Numbered from the stretch's first letter, positions 27,023 through 35,240 are shown. The stretch: 38,248 bases of DNA from Candidatus Dormiibacterota bacterium (GCA_003135255.1 PLAX01000180.1:1-38248); one strand, 5' to 3'. Notes: generated by a model not told the origin, from the letters alone. Made by a program: numbers and translations.

Positions 27023-28140
27023 TGGCCACGGTCAAGCGCGACTACTACGAGGTCCTCGGTGTCAAGCGCGACGCGAAACCCGAGGAGTTGAAACGCGCGT
27101 ACCGCAAGCTCGCCATGGAGTTTCACCCCGACCGCAACCAGGGTGACAAGGCTGCCGAGGAGAAGTTCAAGGAGGTGGGCGAGGCCTACTCCGTCCTGAG
27201 TGACCCTCAGAAGCGCCAGCGCTACGATGCGTACGGCCACAGCGGTCAGCAGATGCCCGACTTCGGGCAGTTCTCCTTCGACTCGGCCTTCGACCTCTTC
27301 GACATGTTCTTTGGGGGAGGGCGGCGTTCCGCGCGCGGGTCAGGACCGCAGCGCGGCTCCGATCTGAGGATGTCGGTCGACATCACCTTCGAGGAGTCGG
27401 TCTTCGGCGCCAAGCGGACCGTGGAGGTGCCGCGTGCCGACACCTGCCCCGACTGCCTGGGGAGCGGCGCGGCGCCGGGGACGACACCGCACACCTGCCC
27501 CGACTGCGGGGGCAGCGGACAGGTGCGGCGGGCGATGCAATCCATCTTCGGCCAGGTGATGAACGTGACCGCATGCCCGCATTGCCATGGCACCGGAAAG
27601 CTGGTGGACAACCCCTGCCAGCGCTGCCGCGGCCGGGGGCTCGTGGAGGCGCGCAAGACCATCGAGGTCTCCATCCCCGCCGGGGTCGATGGCGATGTCC
27701 AGGTGCGGGTCTCGGGTGAGGGCGAGGCAGGACCGCAGGGCGGGCCTCACGGTGACCTCTACCTGAGCTTCCGGGTCGCGCCCCATCCCCAGCTGATCCG
27801 CCGGGGCCAGGACCTCGTCTACGAGCTGCCGGTCTCGGTCACCCAGGCTGTGCTCGGAGACAGGATCACGGTCCCCACGGTGAGGGGCGAGACGGAGGTG
27901 GATCTGCCCGCCGGCACCCAGCCCGGCCGCGTGATCAAGATCGCGGGGCAGGGGGTCCCCCATCTCCGCACCGGGCGACGCGGCGACCAGATCTGCGTCG
28001 TCCGGGTGGTGGTGCCCGCTCACATCTCCGCGAAGGACCGGAAGCTCTACGAGGAGTTGGGGGGCCGCGACGGGAAGCCGGTCGAGGTCAGGCGCGGCTT
28101 CTTTGACCACCTGCGCGACTTCTTCGCCCCGGCGGAGTGA
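27022..28140 (+). CDS. dnaJ: Molecular chaperone DnaJ (type I, with a four-CxxCxGxG zinc-finger domain)
   Basis: The J-domain is RDYYEVLGVKRDAKPEELKRAYRKLAMEFHPDRN. A G/F region follows. The zinc-finger repeats are CPDCLGSG, CPDCGGSG, CPHCHGTG and CQRCRGRG. Confidence 0.95.
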   Translation: MATVKRDYYEVLGVKRDAKPEELKRAYRKLAMEFHPDRNQGDKAAEEKFKEVGEAYSVLSDPQKRQRYDAYGHSGQQMPDFGQFSFDSAFDLFDMFFGGGRRSARGSGPQRGSDLRMSVDITFEESVFGAKRTVEVPRADTCPDCLGSGAAPGTTPHTCPDCGGSGQVRRAMQSIFGQVMNVTACPHCHGTGKLVDNPCQRCRGRGLVEARKTIEVSIPAGVDGDVQVRVSGEGEAGPQGGPHGDLYLSFRVAPHPQLIRRGQDLVYELPVSVTQAVLGDRITVPTVRGETEVDLPAGTQPGRVIKIAGQGVPHLRTGRRGDQICVVRVVVPAHISAKDRKLYEELGGRDGKPVEVRRGFFDHLRDFFAPAE

Positions 28141-28182
28141 CGCCGGGCGTGGCAGTCAGCCAGCGGACCCACGTCTGACCTC

Positions 28183-29871
28183 TCAGCCGGCTTCGGCCTT
28201 CCTCGCGCGCTTGTCCCGGTACATGTTGGTGTCGGCGCGACGCAGCAGCTGCGCCGGCTCGCCGCCGTCCTCGGGGAAAGCCGCCTGACCGATGCTGAGC
28301 CCGACCGGGACCTGCCGTTCGTCGACCGTCATCGGCTCCTCCATCCGCTGACGGACCTTGGCGCTGATCAACTCAGCCTGCACGGGATCCGCATCGACGG
28401 CCACGATCACGAACTCGTCGCCTCCGATCCGGGCGACCGTGTCCGACACGCGAACCGACGCCTGGAGGCGAGCCGCCGTCTCCCTGAGCACGGCGTCGCC
28501 GGCGCTGTGCCCCAGCGCGTCGTTGAGGGCCTTGAATCCGTCGATGTCCAGGACGAAGAGGGCCATCGGCCGGCCCGAGCGGCGGGCGTTGGAGATGCCG
28601 TGCTGGAGCCGGTCGTTGAAGAGGAGGCGGTTGGGCAGGCCGGTCAGGGGGTCGTGCATGGCCGCGTCCTCCATCGCCGCCGACTGGATGATCAGCGCGG
28701 CCTCGGTCTGGTCCCGGCCTCGGAGCGTCCGGTTGACCATGACGACCGCCGCCAGAAAGAGGAGCGCGAGGGCCGCGCAGATGCTGAACACCGCCACTCT
28801 GAGGCTGGCCACCGCCGCGAGGGTTGAGCTGGGCAGCCACGCGCGTACAACCCACGCGGCCCCGCTCACCGGGCTGTACGCGGCGGGGCCGCCCGCTCCG
28901 TTGTCATCCAGTTCGACCACGCCGCTCCTCAAGGCCTGGTCGGCGGCCGTGGTGATCGACGCCTCCGGTGTCCAGCTGGTCACGATGCTCGCGCCATCTG
29001 ACGGCGCGGCCACCACCCCCAGGACCATGCCGCCGGCTCGGTCCAGCACCAGCAGCTTCATCCCCTGGGCTCCGGCGAGCGATTGGAGCGACGAGAGAGA
29101 CCCGCCGAGCCCGTATTGCTCGGCCAGGAAGCCGCCGGCCGTCCCGCCTCCCTCCAGGACCGGGACGACCACGTCAATGGCGGGAGCGCTGAGCGAGGAG
29201 GGGGCCGCCACCGCGAGGGAGCCAGCGCGAGCCGTGCTCGCGCCCCACCCCGCGGGAAGACCGTCCAGAGGGTCCTGGTCGCCGGTCCAGAGAACCGGCG
29301 ATCCCGCGGCGCTGGTCAGGACCAGGCCCTGGCTCTTCCCCTCGGCCGTGGCGAGGGCGGTGAGGTCGGCCATGGCCGCGGGGTTCGCCGTGGTGCTGCC
29401 CTCCGCCACTGCCAGGATCGGCAGGCGGTCGGCGGCACTGTCGAGAGCCGAGACCCGGCCGGAGATGACCCGCGCCAGGGAGCCGGCCGCCTGCTCGCCG
29501 GCGCTGGAGAGGCGGGTGTTGACCTGGTCGGTGATGGCCGACCCGCCGAGGGAGGTGCTGAGCAGGGCAACCGTGACCAGGGAGGCCAGTCCGATGGCAG
29601 CCACCAGGGCTGCGGTGCGCCGCCGTACGATCCCGCGCCGGCGGCGCGTGCCGGGGTCGGGGAGGGTGGTGCCAGGCGGCAGGTAGGCGGCCAGCGCGGG
29701 CGGGGCCGGTGCCGGCGAGTCGCCGGGGAGCGGGCGGTCGGCTCTCGAGCCGTGCCCGACCAGGTCTCGCGAGCTCACGGCGACGGTGACCGTGGGGCGT
29801 GCGAGCGCTCCGTCATCCGACCCCACCGCATCGAGCATGGGGCCCCGCCGGCAAGCCACGGCTTGCGCCAA
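28183..29871 (-). CDS. Membrane-bound diguanylate cyclase (two TM helices flanking a ~280-aa extracytoplasmic sensor region, then GGDEF)
   Basis: The C-terminal domain reads DPLTGLPNRLLF...FVLDIDGFKALNDALGHSAGD...RVSDTVARIGGDEFVIV. It has an intact GGDEF motif and an RxxD I-site 5 residues upstream. Candidate starts are the TTG at 29871 and the ATG at 29838. Confidence 0.88.
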   Translation of the reverse strand: MAQAVACRRGPMLDAVGSDDGALARPTVTVAVSSRDLVGHGSRADRPLPGDSPAPAPPALAAYLPPGTTLPDPGTRRRRGIVRRRTAALVAAIGLASLVTVALLSTSLGGSAITDQVNTRLSSAGEQAAGSLARVISGRVSALDSAADRLPILAVAEGSTTANPAAMADLTALATAEGKSQGLVLTSAAGSPVLWTGDQDPLDGLPAGWGASTARAGSLAVAAPSSLSAPAIDVVVPVLEGGGTAGGFLAEQYGLGGSLSSLQSLAGAQGMKLLVLDRAGGMVLGVVAAPSDGASIVTSWTPEASITTAADQALRSGVVELDDNGAGGPAAYSPVSGAAWVVRAWLPSSTLAAVASLRVAVFSICAALALLFLAAVVMVNRTLRGRDQTEAALIIQSAAMEDAAMHDPLTGLPNRLLFNDRLQHGISNARRSGRPMALFVLDIDGFKALNDALGHSAGDAVLRETAARLQASVRVSDTVARIGGDEFVIVAVDADPVQAELISAKVRQRMEEPMTVDERQVPVGLSIGQAAFPEDGGEPAQLLRRADTNMYRDKRARKAEAG

Positions 29872-30006
29872 CCGATCGATTCAGGTCGGCCCCTCCCCCG
29901 CGGGCCCGGTGGGCCCAGCTGGTTGGAGCAAGTGTGTCACCGTTGCAACCCCGTCTGCAGAGTGCGACGCGTCAGACGGGTCGAAACCTCCCTGCAAGGC
30001 CGCCGC

Positions 30007-30243
30007 TCAGCGGGGAAGGACGTCGACCCCCTCGATCTCCACCTGCTTGTGGGTGCCGCGGTGACCGGCGACCAGACGGACGCGCGAGGGTGCCACGCCG
30101 GCCCAGGCGGCGACCAGCCGGAGCACGGCCGCGTTGGCCGCACCGTCGATGGGGGGCTGGGTGATGCGCAGCCGCAACTCCCGGCCGTTCCAGATCAACT
30201 CCTCCCTCCCGGCCCGCGGGTGGACCACCACGGCGACGCGCAT
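30007..30243 (-). CDS. DUF167 (YggU/UPF0235) family protein
   Basis: 78 aa. VVHPRAGREEL...LRLRITQPPIDGAANAAVLRLVA...VRLVAGHRGTHKQVEI matches the YggU family. The ATG overlaps the mtaB stop (TGATG). Confidence 0.8.
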   Translation of the reverse strand: MRVAVVVHPRAGREELIWNGRELRLRITQPPIDGAANAAVLRLVAAWAGVAPSRVRLVAGHRGTHKQVEIEGVDVLPR

Positions 30244-31607
30244 CAGCGCTCGTCCCCGCCAGGTTCCGGGAGGATGGTTCCGCGCAGCAGATCGCCCTCG
30301 ACCCTCGTGGCCATGATGGTCTGCATGCGGCCTGTCCTCGTCCCCGTGGTGGGGTCCGCGACCACCTCGTGGTACCCGTCGGTGAGGCCGTGCGCCTCCC
30401 CCGGCGCCACTCGGTCCCAGACCACCCGGTGCTGGCGGCCGACCGCTCGCTGACGCCGCCTGCGGGCGCTCGCCGCTCCGGCGCGGCGGACCTCGGCGCT
30501 GCGCGATCGGAGTAGAGCGTCATCGGCCTGCTGGGGGAGCCCGACCGCCTCCGTGTCGGGGCGCGGCGAGTAGCGAAAGACATGGCAGCCGAGGAACTCG
30601 ACCTCGTCGATGAGGCGCAGCGTGGCCTCGTGGTCCTCCTGGCTCTCCCCCGGGAAGCCCACCATCACGTCGGTGGTCAGCTCGGTGTCGGGGTCCCGAC
30701 GGCGCAGGTCCTCGACCACCCGGAGGTAGCGCTGGCGCCGGTAGCCGCGATGCATGGCCCGGAGCACCTGGTCGCTCCCGCTCTGGAGTGGGATGTGCCA
30801 GTGGCCGCACAGCCGCGGATCGCCGTTCAGCTCGATGAGGTCCTCCGGGATGTCGTTGGCGTTAATGCTGCTGAGGCGGATGCGCACCGTCCCGTCGACG
30901 TCCTCGAGGAGGCGACGCACCAGGGCCGTCAGGTCGGATCCCCGGTCCCGCCCGTAGCTGCCCAGGTCGACGCCGGTCAGGACCACCTCGGCGTGGCCGG
31001 TCGCCACCGCGGCCCGGGCTCGCGCCATCACCACCTCCTCGGGAACGCTCGCCGACGCTCCCCGGGTCCGCCATACCACGCAGTAGGTGCAACGGTGGTC
31101 GCAACCGTCCTGGACCTTGAGAAAGGCTCGGCTGCGCAGCCCTGCCGGAGGGAGGTGGCGGAGCGGGTTCCCGCGTCCCGCCGCAAGGGCGGCGACGTGG
31201 TCCGCGATGCGCAGCTTCTCGGTGTTGGCGAAGACCGCATCCAGCCCCGGGACGGCCGGCCTGCCATCGCTCCCGGCCGCCAGGTAGCGATCCGGGTTGG
31301 CATCCACGGAGCAGCCGGTGAGGACGAGGTGGCAGCCGGGATCGCGGCGACGCAGCCGGTGGAGCCGCTGCCGGGTGGTGGCGTCGGCCTGGAGCGTCAC
31401 CGCGCACGAGTTGAGCACGCGGACGTCGGCGGGCTCGTCCTCGGGGACCACCTCGCAGCCGAGACCCGCGAGCTGCCCCGCCAGCTCGGCCATCTCCGCG
31501 TAGTTGACCTTGCAGCCGAGGGTGGTGAGGGCAACCCGGAGCGGTCCGGCAATGCCCTCGTCGCGGGCCGTCCGCAGCTCAGCGCCCGTGGTCGAGGTCC
31601 CCGGCAC
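30243..31607 (-). CDS. mtaB: tRNA methylthiotransferase of the MiaB/RimO family, most likely MtaB
   Basis: - The N-terminal UPF0004 domain reads TLGCKVNYAEMAEL...LNSCAVT.
- The radical SAM motif is VQDGCDHRCTYCVV.
- A C-terminal TRAM-like region is present.
- The rsmE-mtaB adjacency follows Firmicute yqeU-yqeV.
- The start is uncertain. The GTG at 31607 overlaps the rsmE end by 29 nt. A CTG at 31577 is an alternative. Confidence 0.8.
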   Translation of the reverse strand: MPGTSTTGAELRTARDEGIAGPLRVALTTLGCKVNYAEMAELAGQLAGLGCEVVPEDEPADVRVLNSCAVTLQADATTRQRLHRLRRRDPGCHLVLTGCSVDANPDRYLAAGSDGRPAVPGLDAVFANTEKLRIADHVAALAAGRGNPLRHLPPAGLRSRAFLKVQDGCDHRCTYCVVWRTRGASASVPEEVVMARARAAVATGHAEVVLTGVDLGSYGRDRGSDLTALVRRLLEDVDGTVRIRLSSINANDIPEDLIELNGDPRLCGHWHIPLQSGSDQVLRAMHRGYRRQRYLRVVEDLRRRDPDTELTTDVMVGFPGESQEDHEATLRLIDEVEFLGCHVFRYSPRPDTEAVGLPQQADDALLRSRSAEVRRAGAASARRRRQRAVGRQHRVVWDRVAPGEAHGLTDGYHEVVADPTTGTRTGRMQTIMATRVEGDLLRGTILPEPGGDER

Positions 31608-32313
31608 GGGCGAGGAGAAGCCCGACCGCGACGATGGCGGCCCGGCGTGCCGGCAGCACCCGGGGTCCCAGATGGACCATCTCGGCGCCGGCCTCCCGGA
31701 GGCGGTCGGCCTCGACGGGATCCAATCCGCCCTCCGGACCGACCACCAGCGCCGCCGGACGGGCCGGGTCGATCTCCAGCCGGGCCAGCGGGACGGCCGC
31801 GTCGACCATGCAGACGAGGATGCGCGCGCCCTCCGGCAGCTCCGCCAGCGCTCCGGCCAGGTCGGTGAGCGCTGCCACCCGGGGGACGGCGCCACGGTGG
31901 GCCAGCTCGGCGGCCTCGCGAGCGATCTCGCCCCACCTGCGGAGTCGGGCCGCGGCCCGCGCCGGGTCCGGCCGCGTGACGCTGCGTGCGGCGACGACGG
32001 GGCGGATCGCGGCAGCCCCGACTTCGGCCAGGCCTGCCACCACTTCGTCGATCTCCCGGACCAGCCCCTGGACGACGTCGAGGCGGAGACAGGGCTCCCC
32101 CGAGGCCGGGCGGGACCAGACGATCGAGCCGGTCACCCGCGCCCTCTCCACCGAGGCGACCCGGACCCCGTGCTCCAGGCCGGTGTCGTCGACGACCAGG
32201 ATCAGCTCCCCGGACTGGACGCGGAGGGGCCCGGCGAGATGGTGAGCGGCGTCACCCTCGACCACCAGCGTGCCGTCGACGATCTGGTCCCGGGTGACGA
32301 AGAGACGTGGCAC
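31579..32313 (-). CDS. rsmE: 16S rRNA (uracil1498-N3)-methyltransferase RsmE
   Basis: 244 aa. PRLFV...GDAAHHLAGPLRVQSGELILVVD... forms the N-terminal PUA-like region. The C-terminal SPOUT region includes LVVGPEGGL...E...L...GA..V.LGPRVL. GTG start. Confidence 0.85.
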   Translation of the reverse strand: MPRLFVTRDQIVDGTLVVEGDAAHHLAGPLRVQSGELILVVDDTGLEHGVRVASVERARVTGSIVWSRPASGEPCLRLDVVQGLVREIDEVVAGLAEVGAAAIRPVVAARSVTRPDPARAAARLRRWGEIAREAAELAHRGAVPRVAALTDLAGALAELPEGARILVCMVDAAVPLARLEIDPARPAALVVGPEGGLDPVEADRLREAGAEMVHLGPRVLPARRAAIVAVGLLLARAGDLDHGR

Positions 32314-32332
32314 GGGTCAATGGTGGCGCGTC

Positions 32333-32360
32333 CGTCCCTCAACAGCGGACATGAGGGACG
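32333..32360. promoter_or_regulatory. 9-bp-stem hairpin or inverted repeat immediately upstream of rsmE
   Basis: CGTCCCTCA-acagcggaca-TGAGGGACG begins 20 nt upstream of the rsmE GTG (32313, minus strand). It lies in the divergent region shared with the hydrolase gene. Confidence 0.3.
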
Positions 32361-32540
32361 TCCAGCTGTCGAGGAACGCCGGTGATGCCGGCGGGCTCCG
32401 GGGTGATCCCGGTTCCGCGTCAACGGGGCGTGCCGGGCGAGGCCCGGTCTGACCGCCCCTCGGACAGGCGTTTCCCGTCTCGTCCGGCGCCGGCAATCCG
32501 GGCACCGACCGCCCGGCGCCGTGCCCTACGATCCGGAGCT

Positions 32541-33359
32541 GTGGCTCCGCCTGCTCCCGACCGGCATGTGGTCACGGGCGACGGCGCCCGACTCGCCGTC
32601 AGCGTCCACGGGGACGGCGAGCCCCTGCTCATGATCCCGGGGCTGGGGGCGACCCGGCGGGTCTACGCACCGATCGTCCCCGCGCTGGCGCGGCACCACC
32701 GGGTCATCGTCTACGACCCCCGGGGTGTCGGCGACTCTGATGTGCCCCGCGGGCCCTATCCGATGCCCCGGTTGGCCGCGGACTGCGTCGAGGTGGCCGC
32801 CGGCTGCGGGGCGGAGACCTTCCAGCTCTTCGGCGCCTCCATGGGGGGTCTCACCGCCCAGCACGTCGCCGTCCTCCATCCCGGTCGCCTGACCCGGCTG
32901 ATCCTGGCCGCCACCGGTCCCGGGAGCCACGCGGCCGTCCCCGCGCAGCCCGCGGCGACCGCCGCACTTCTCGGGCGGGGCGCCAGGACGCCGGCCGAGG
33001 CCTACCGCATGGCCTGCACCGTCCTCTACGCGGAGCGCTTCCGGCGCGACCATCCCGAGTTCATCGACGAGGAGGTGGCCTACCGGGCCGCCCACCCGGT
33101 CCCGGGACGCGCCTTCACCGCCCAGTTCCGCGCCACGCGGGACGCCGACATCGGCGACCGTCTCGGCGAGATCGCCGTGCCCGCCCTCGTGCTCCACGGC
33201 ACCGAGGACGTCCTCGTCCCGCTCGCCAACGCGGAGGCGCTCACCAAGCTGATCCCCGGAGCGCGCCGCTACTGGTTCGACGGTCGCGGCCACCTCTTCT
33301 TCCACGAGGACCCCGACCTGACCGCGGAGGTCATGGTCTCCTTCCTCCGCGGCAGCTGA
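32541..33359 (+). CDS. Alpha/beta-fold hydrolase
   Basis: LLMIPGLGATRRVY...HRVIVYDPRGVGDS, the nucleophile elbow FGASMGGL, and C-terminal LVLHGTEDVLVP...GHLFFHEDP are present. The start is uncertain, with GTG candidates at 32541, 32568 and 32382. Confidence 0.8.
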   Translation: MAPPAPDRHVVTGDGARLAVSVHGDGEPLLMIPGLGATRRVYAPIVPALARHHRVIVYDPRGVGDSDVPRGPYPMPRLAADCVEVAAGCGAETFQLFGASMGGLTAQHVAVLHPGRLTRLILAATGPGSHAAVPAQPAATAALLGRGARTPAEAYRMACTVLYAERFRRDHPEFIDEEVAYRAAHPVPGRAFTAQFRATRDADIGDRLGEIAVPALVLHGTEDVLVPLANAEALTKLIPGARRYWFDGRGHLFFHEDPDLTAEVMVSFLRGS

Positions 33360-33407
33360 GGCAGACCTCCGCAGCGGCGGCTGAGGCCGACCTCCGCGTG
33401 GTCGGCA

Positions 33408-33579
33408 GGGTGCTGACGAACCCCCGACGGTCCTGCCGCCCCCATCCTCGGCGATGCGTGCGTCGCCTCCTGCGGGGGCTCGGTCGAATACCTGCAGGTA
33501 TGCTCCCTCGCCTCCTCGTCGGCTCCTTCGCCTCACCGGTCTGGGAACGACATCCCTCGCCGGGGGTTCGTCAGCACCC
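33408..33579. repeat. 172-bp element bounded by perfect 19-bp inverted repeats, with a central 14-bp palindrome
   Basis: GGGTGCTGACGAACCCCCG (33408-33426) and its exact reverse complement (33561-33579) flank 134 bp. The palindrome ATACCTGCAGGTAT (33488-33501) is centred within 1 nt of the element midpoint. The element lies between the convergent hydrolase and rny genes. Confidence 0.85.
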
Positions 33580-33587
33580 CGCTCGGG

Positions 33588-35240
33588 CTACTCGGCGTCC
33601 GCCGGCTCGGTCTCGCCGGGCGATCCGGCCGCGTCGCCCTCACCGCCGCCCTTGCGCTTCTTGCGCCGCCGCCGCCGCTTCGTCGCCGCCCCCGCCAGGA
33701 CCGGCTCCAGCGGCTCCGCGCTGCGCCCGACCTGCACCGGGGCGGTCGCGATCGCCTGGGTCTCGCGGATCAAGGTCACCTTGATGACCCCCGGGTACTG
33801 CATCTCGCTCTCGATCTCGCGGGCGATCTCGCCGGTCAGGGCGGGCATCTCCGGATCCGCCACCTTGCCGGCCTTGACGAAGATCCGGACCTCGCGGCCC
33901 GCCTGGAGGGGAAAGGCCCGTTCCACCTGGGGATGCCGGGTGGCGATGCCCTGAAGCTGTTCGAGACGCGCCAGATAGGCGGCCAGGGTGTCCCGCCGGG
34001 CACCGGGCCGGGAGGCCGAGATGGCGTCGGCGCAGATGGTGAGCATGGCCAGGTCGGTCGACGGCTCCACGTCGAAGTGGTGGGCCTTGACCGCATGGGC
34101 GATGGTGGACTCGACGCCGAGGACGAGCAGCAGCTCGCCGCCGATGATGGCGTGGGACCCCTCGACATCGTGATCCACCGCCTTGCCGATGTCGTGGAGC
34201 GTGCCCGCCTCCCGGGCTGCGCTCTGGGGCAGGCCGAGCTCGGCCGCCAGGACGCCGCAGAGGTAGCCGGTCTCCTTGCAGTGCAGCAGGGCGTTCTGGC
34301 CGTACGAGAAGCGGTAGTGGAGGACACCCAGCAGTTCAGCGAGCTCCGGGCGGCCCTCCATCGCCATCTCCCACATGGCGCGCTCGCCGAGGTCCTCGAT
34401 CGCTGCCGAGAGGCGGCGGCGGGTGCGGAGCAGGAGGGGCGGAACGTCCGCCGCCTGCACGCCGCGGTCGAGCACCTCGATCGAAGCCTGCCGGGCGATC
34501 TCCCGCCCCACCGGGTCCAGGCCGCGGAGGGTCGCCTGCTCCCGCTCGTTGTCGACGCCAAGGTCGGTCCCGGTGGACTCGGCGACGACCTGGAGGGCGG
34601 TGAGGAGTCGCTCGCGGCGGGTCTCGTCGAGTCCCTCGAGGTTGATGGGGGAGAGGCGGGGTGCGGTGTCGACATGGCTCTCGGACTGCCTCTCGACCGC
34701 ACCCACCAGAAGGGTCCGGACCGCGGCCTCCGGCTCGCCCGTCTCCTCGGCGACGAGCTGGGCCACGCGCTCCGCCCGCTCCGCCTCCAGCTCGGTCTCC
34801 AGCTTCTCCAGCACCAGACGCTCGGCCGTCTCACGGTCCGCCGCGGCGTGCTCGGCGACGGTCCGGCGCACCTCCTCCCGAGCCGCCCCGACCTCGGCGA
34901 CCCGCGCGTCGATCTCTTCCCTGCGCTTGCGGTGGGCGAAGCGGCGCTCGTCGAAGATGGCCCGCCGGTCCCGCCAGGTGCGCTCACGCTCGGCCAGGGC
35001 GGCCTCGCGGGCCTCCAGGGCGGCGCTGCGGACGGCGACCTCCTCGGTGGTCGCCTCGCGGATGGCAAGGGACTCCGTCCTCGCGGCGGCGACGATGGCC
35101 GCTGCCTCGGTGCGGACCTGGGTCGGGCTGGGAGGCGCGGCTGCGGCGGGCGGAGGCGCGACCCGGCCCCGCGCCACGAGCACGATCGCGACCGTGGCGA
35201 TGACCAGGACGGCGGCGGCGGCGAAGAGGACTGCGGCCAT
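33588..35240 (-). CDS. rny: Ribonuclease Y
   Basis: - N-terminal TM anchor: AAVLFAAAAVLVIATVAIVLV.
- A long Ala/Glu/Arg coiled-coil follows.
- KH-like segment: TGTDLGVDNEREQATLRGLDPVGREIARQA.
- HD domain: GTLHDIGKAVDHDVEGSHAIIGGELL.
- Conserved YPGVIKVTLIRETQAI near the end.
- A 50-aa C-terminal tail follows. Confidence 0.9.
   Translation of the reverse strand: MAAVLFAAAAVLVIATVAIVLVARGRVAPPPAAAAPPSPTQVRTEAAAIVAAARTESLAIREATTEEVAVRSAALEAREAALAERERTWRDRRAIFDERRFAHRKRREEIDARVAEVGAAREEVRRTVAEHAAADRETAERLVLEKLETELEAERAERVAQLVAEETGEPEAAVRTLLVGAVERQSESHVDTAPRLSPINLEGLDETRRERLLTALQVVAESTGTDLGVDNEREQATLRGLDPVGREIARQASIEVLDRGVQAADVPPLLLRTRRRLSAAIEDLGERAMWEMAMEGRPELAELLGVLHYRFSYGQNALLHCKETGYLCGVLAAELGLPQSAAREAGTLHDIGKAVDHDVEGSHAIIGGELLLVLGVESTIAHAVKAHHFDVEPSTDLAMLTICADAISASRPGARRDTLAAYLARLEQLQGIATRHPQVERAFPLQAGREVRIFVKAGKVADPEMPALTGEIAREIESEMQYPGVIKVTLIRETQAIATAPVQVGRSAEPLEPVLAGAATKRRRRRKKRKGGGEGDAAGSPGETEPADAE

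Noticed and set aside
28141-32400. Inverted repeats at the borders of the putative inverted rsmE-mtaB-DUF167-GGDEF block
   Set aside because: The only shared sequence at the two borders is the 8-mer CAGCGGAC, and it is in direct orientation. An 8-mer match in GC-rich DNA is not significant, so I make no breakpoint-repeat claim.
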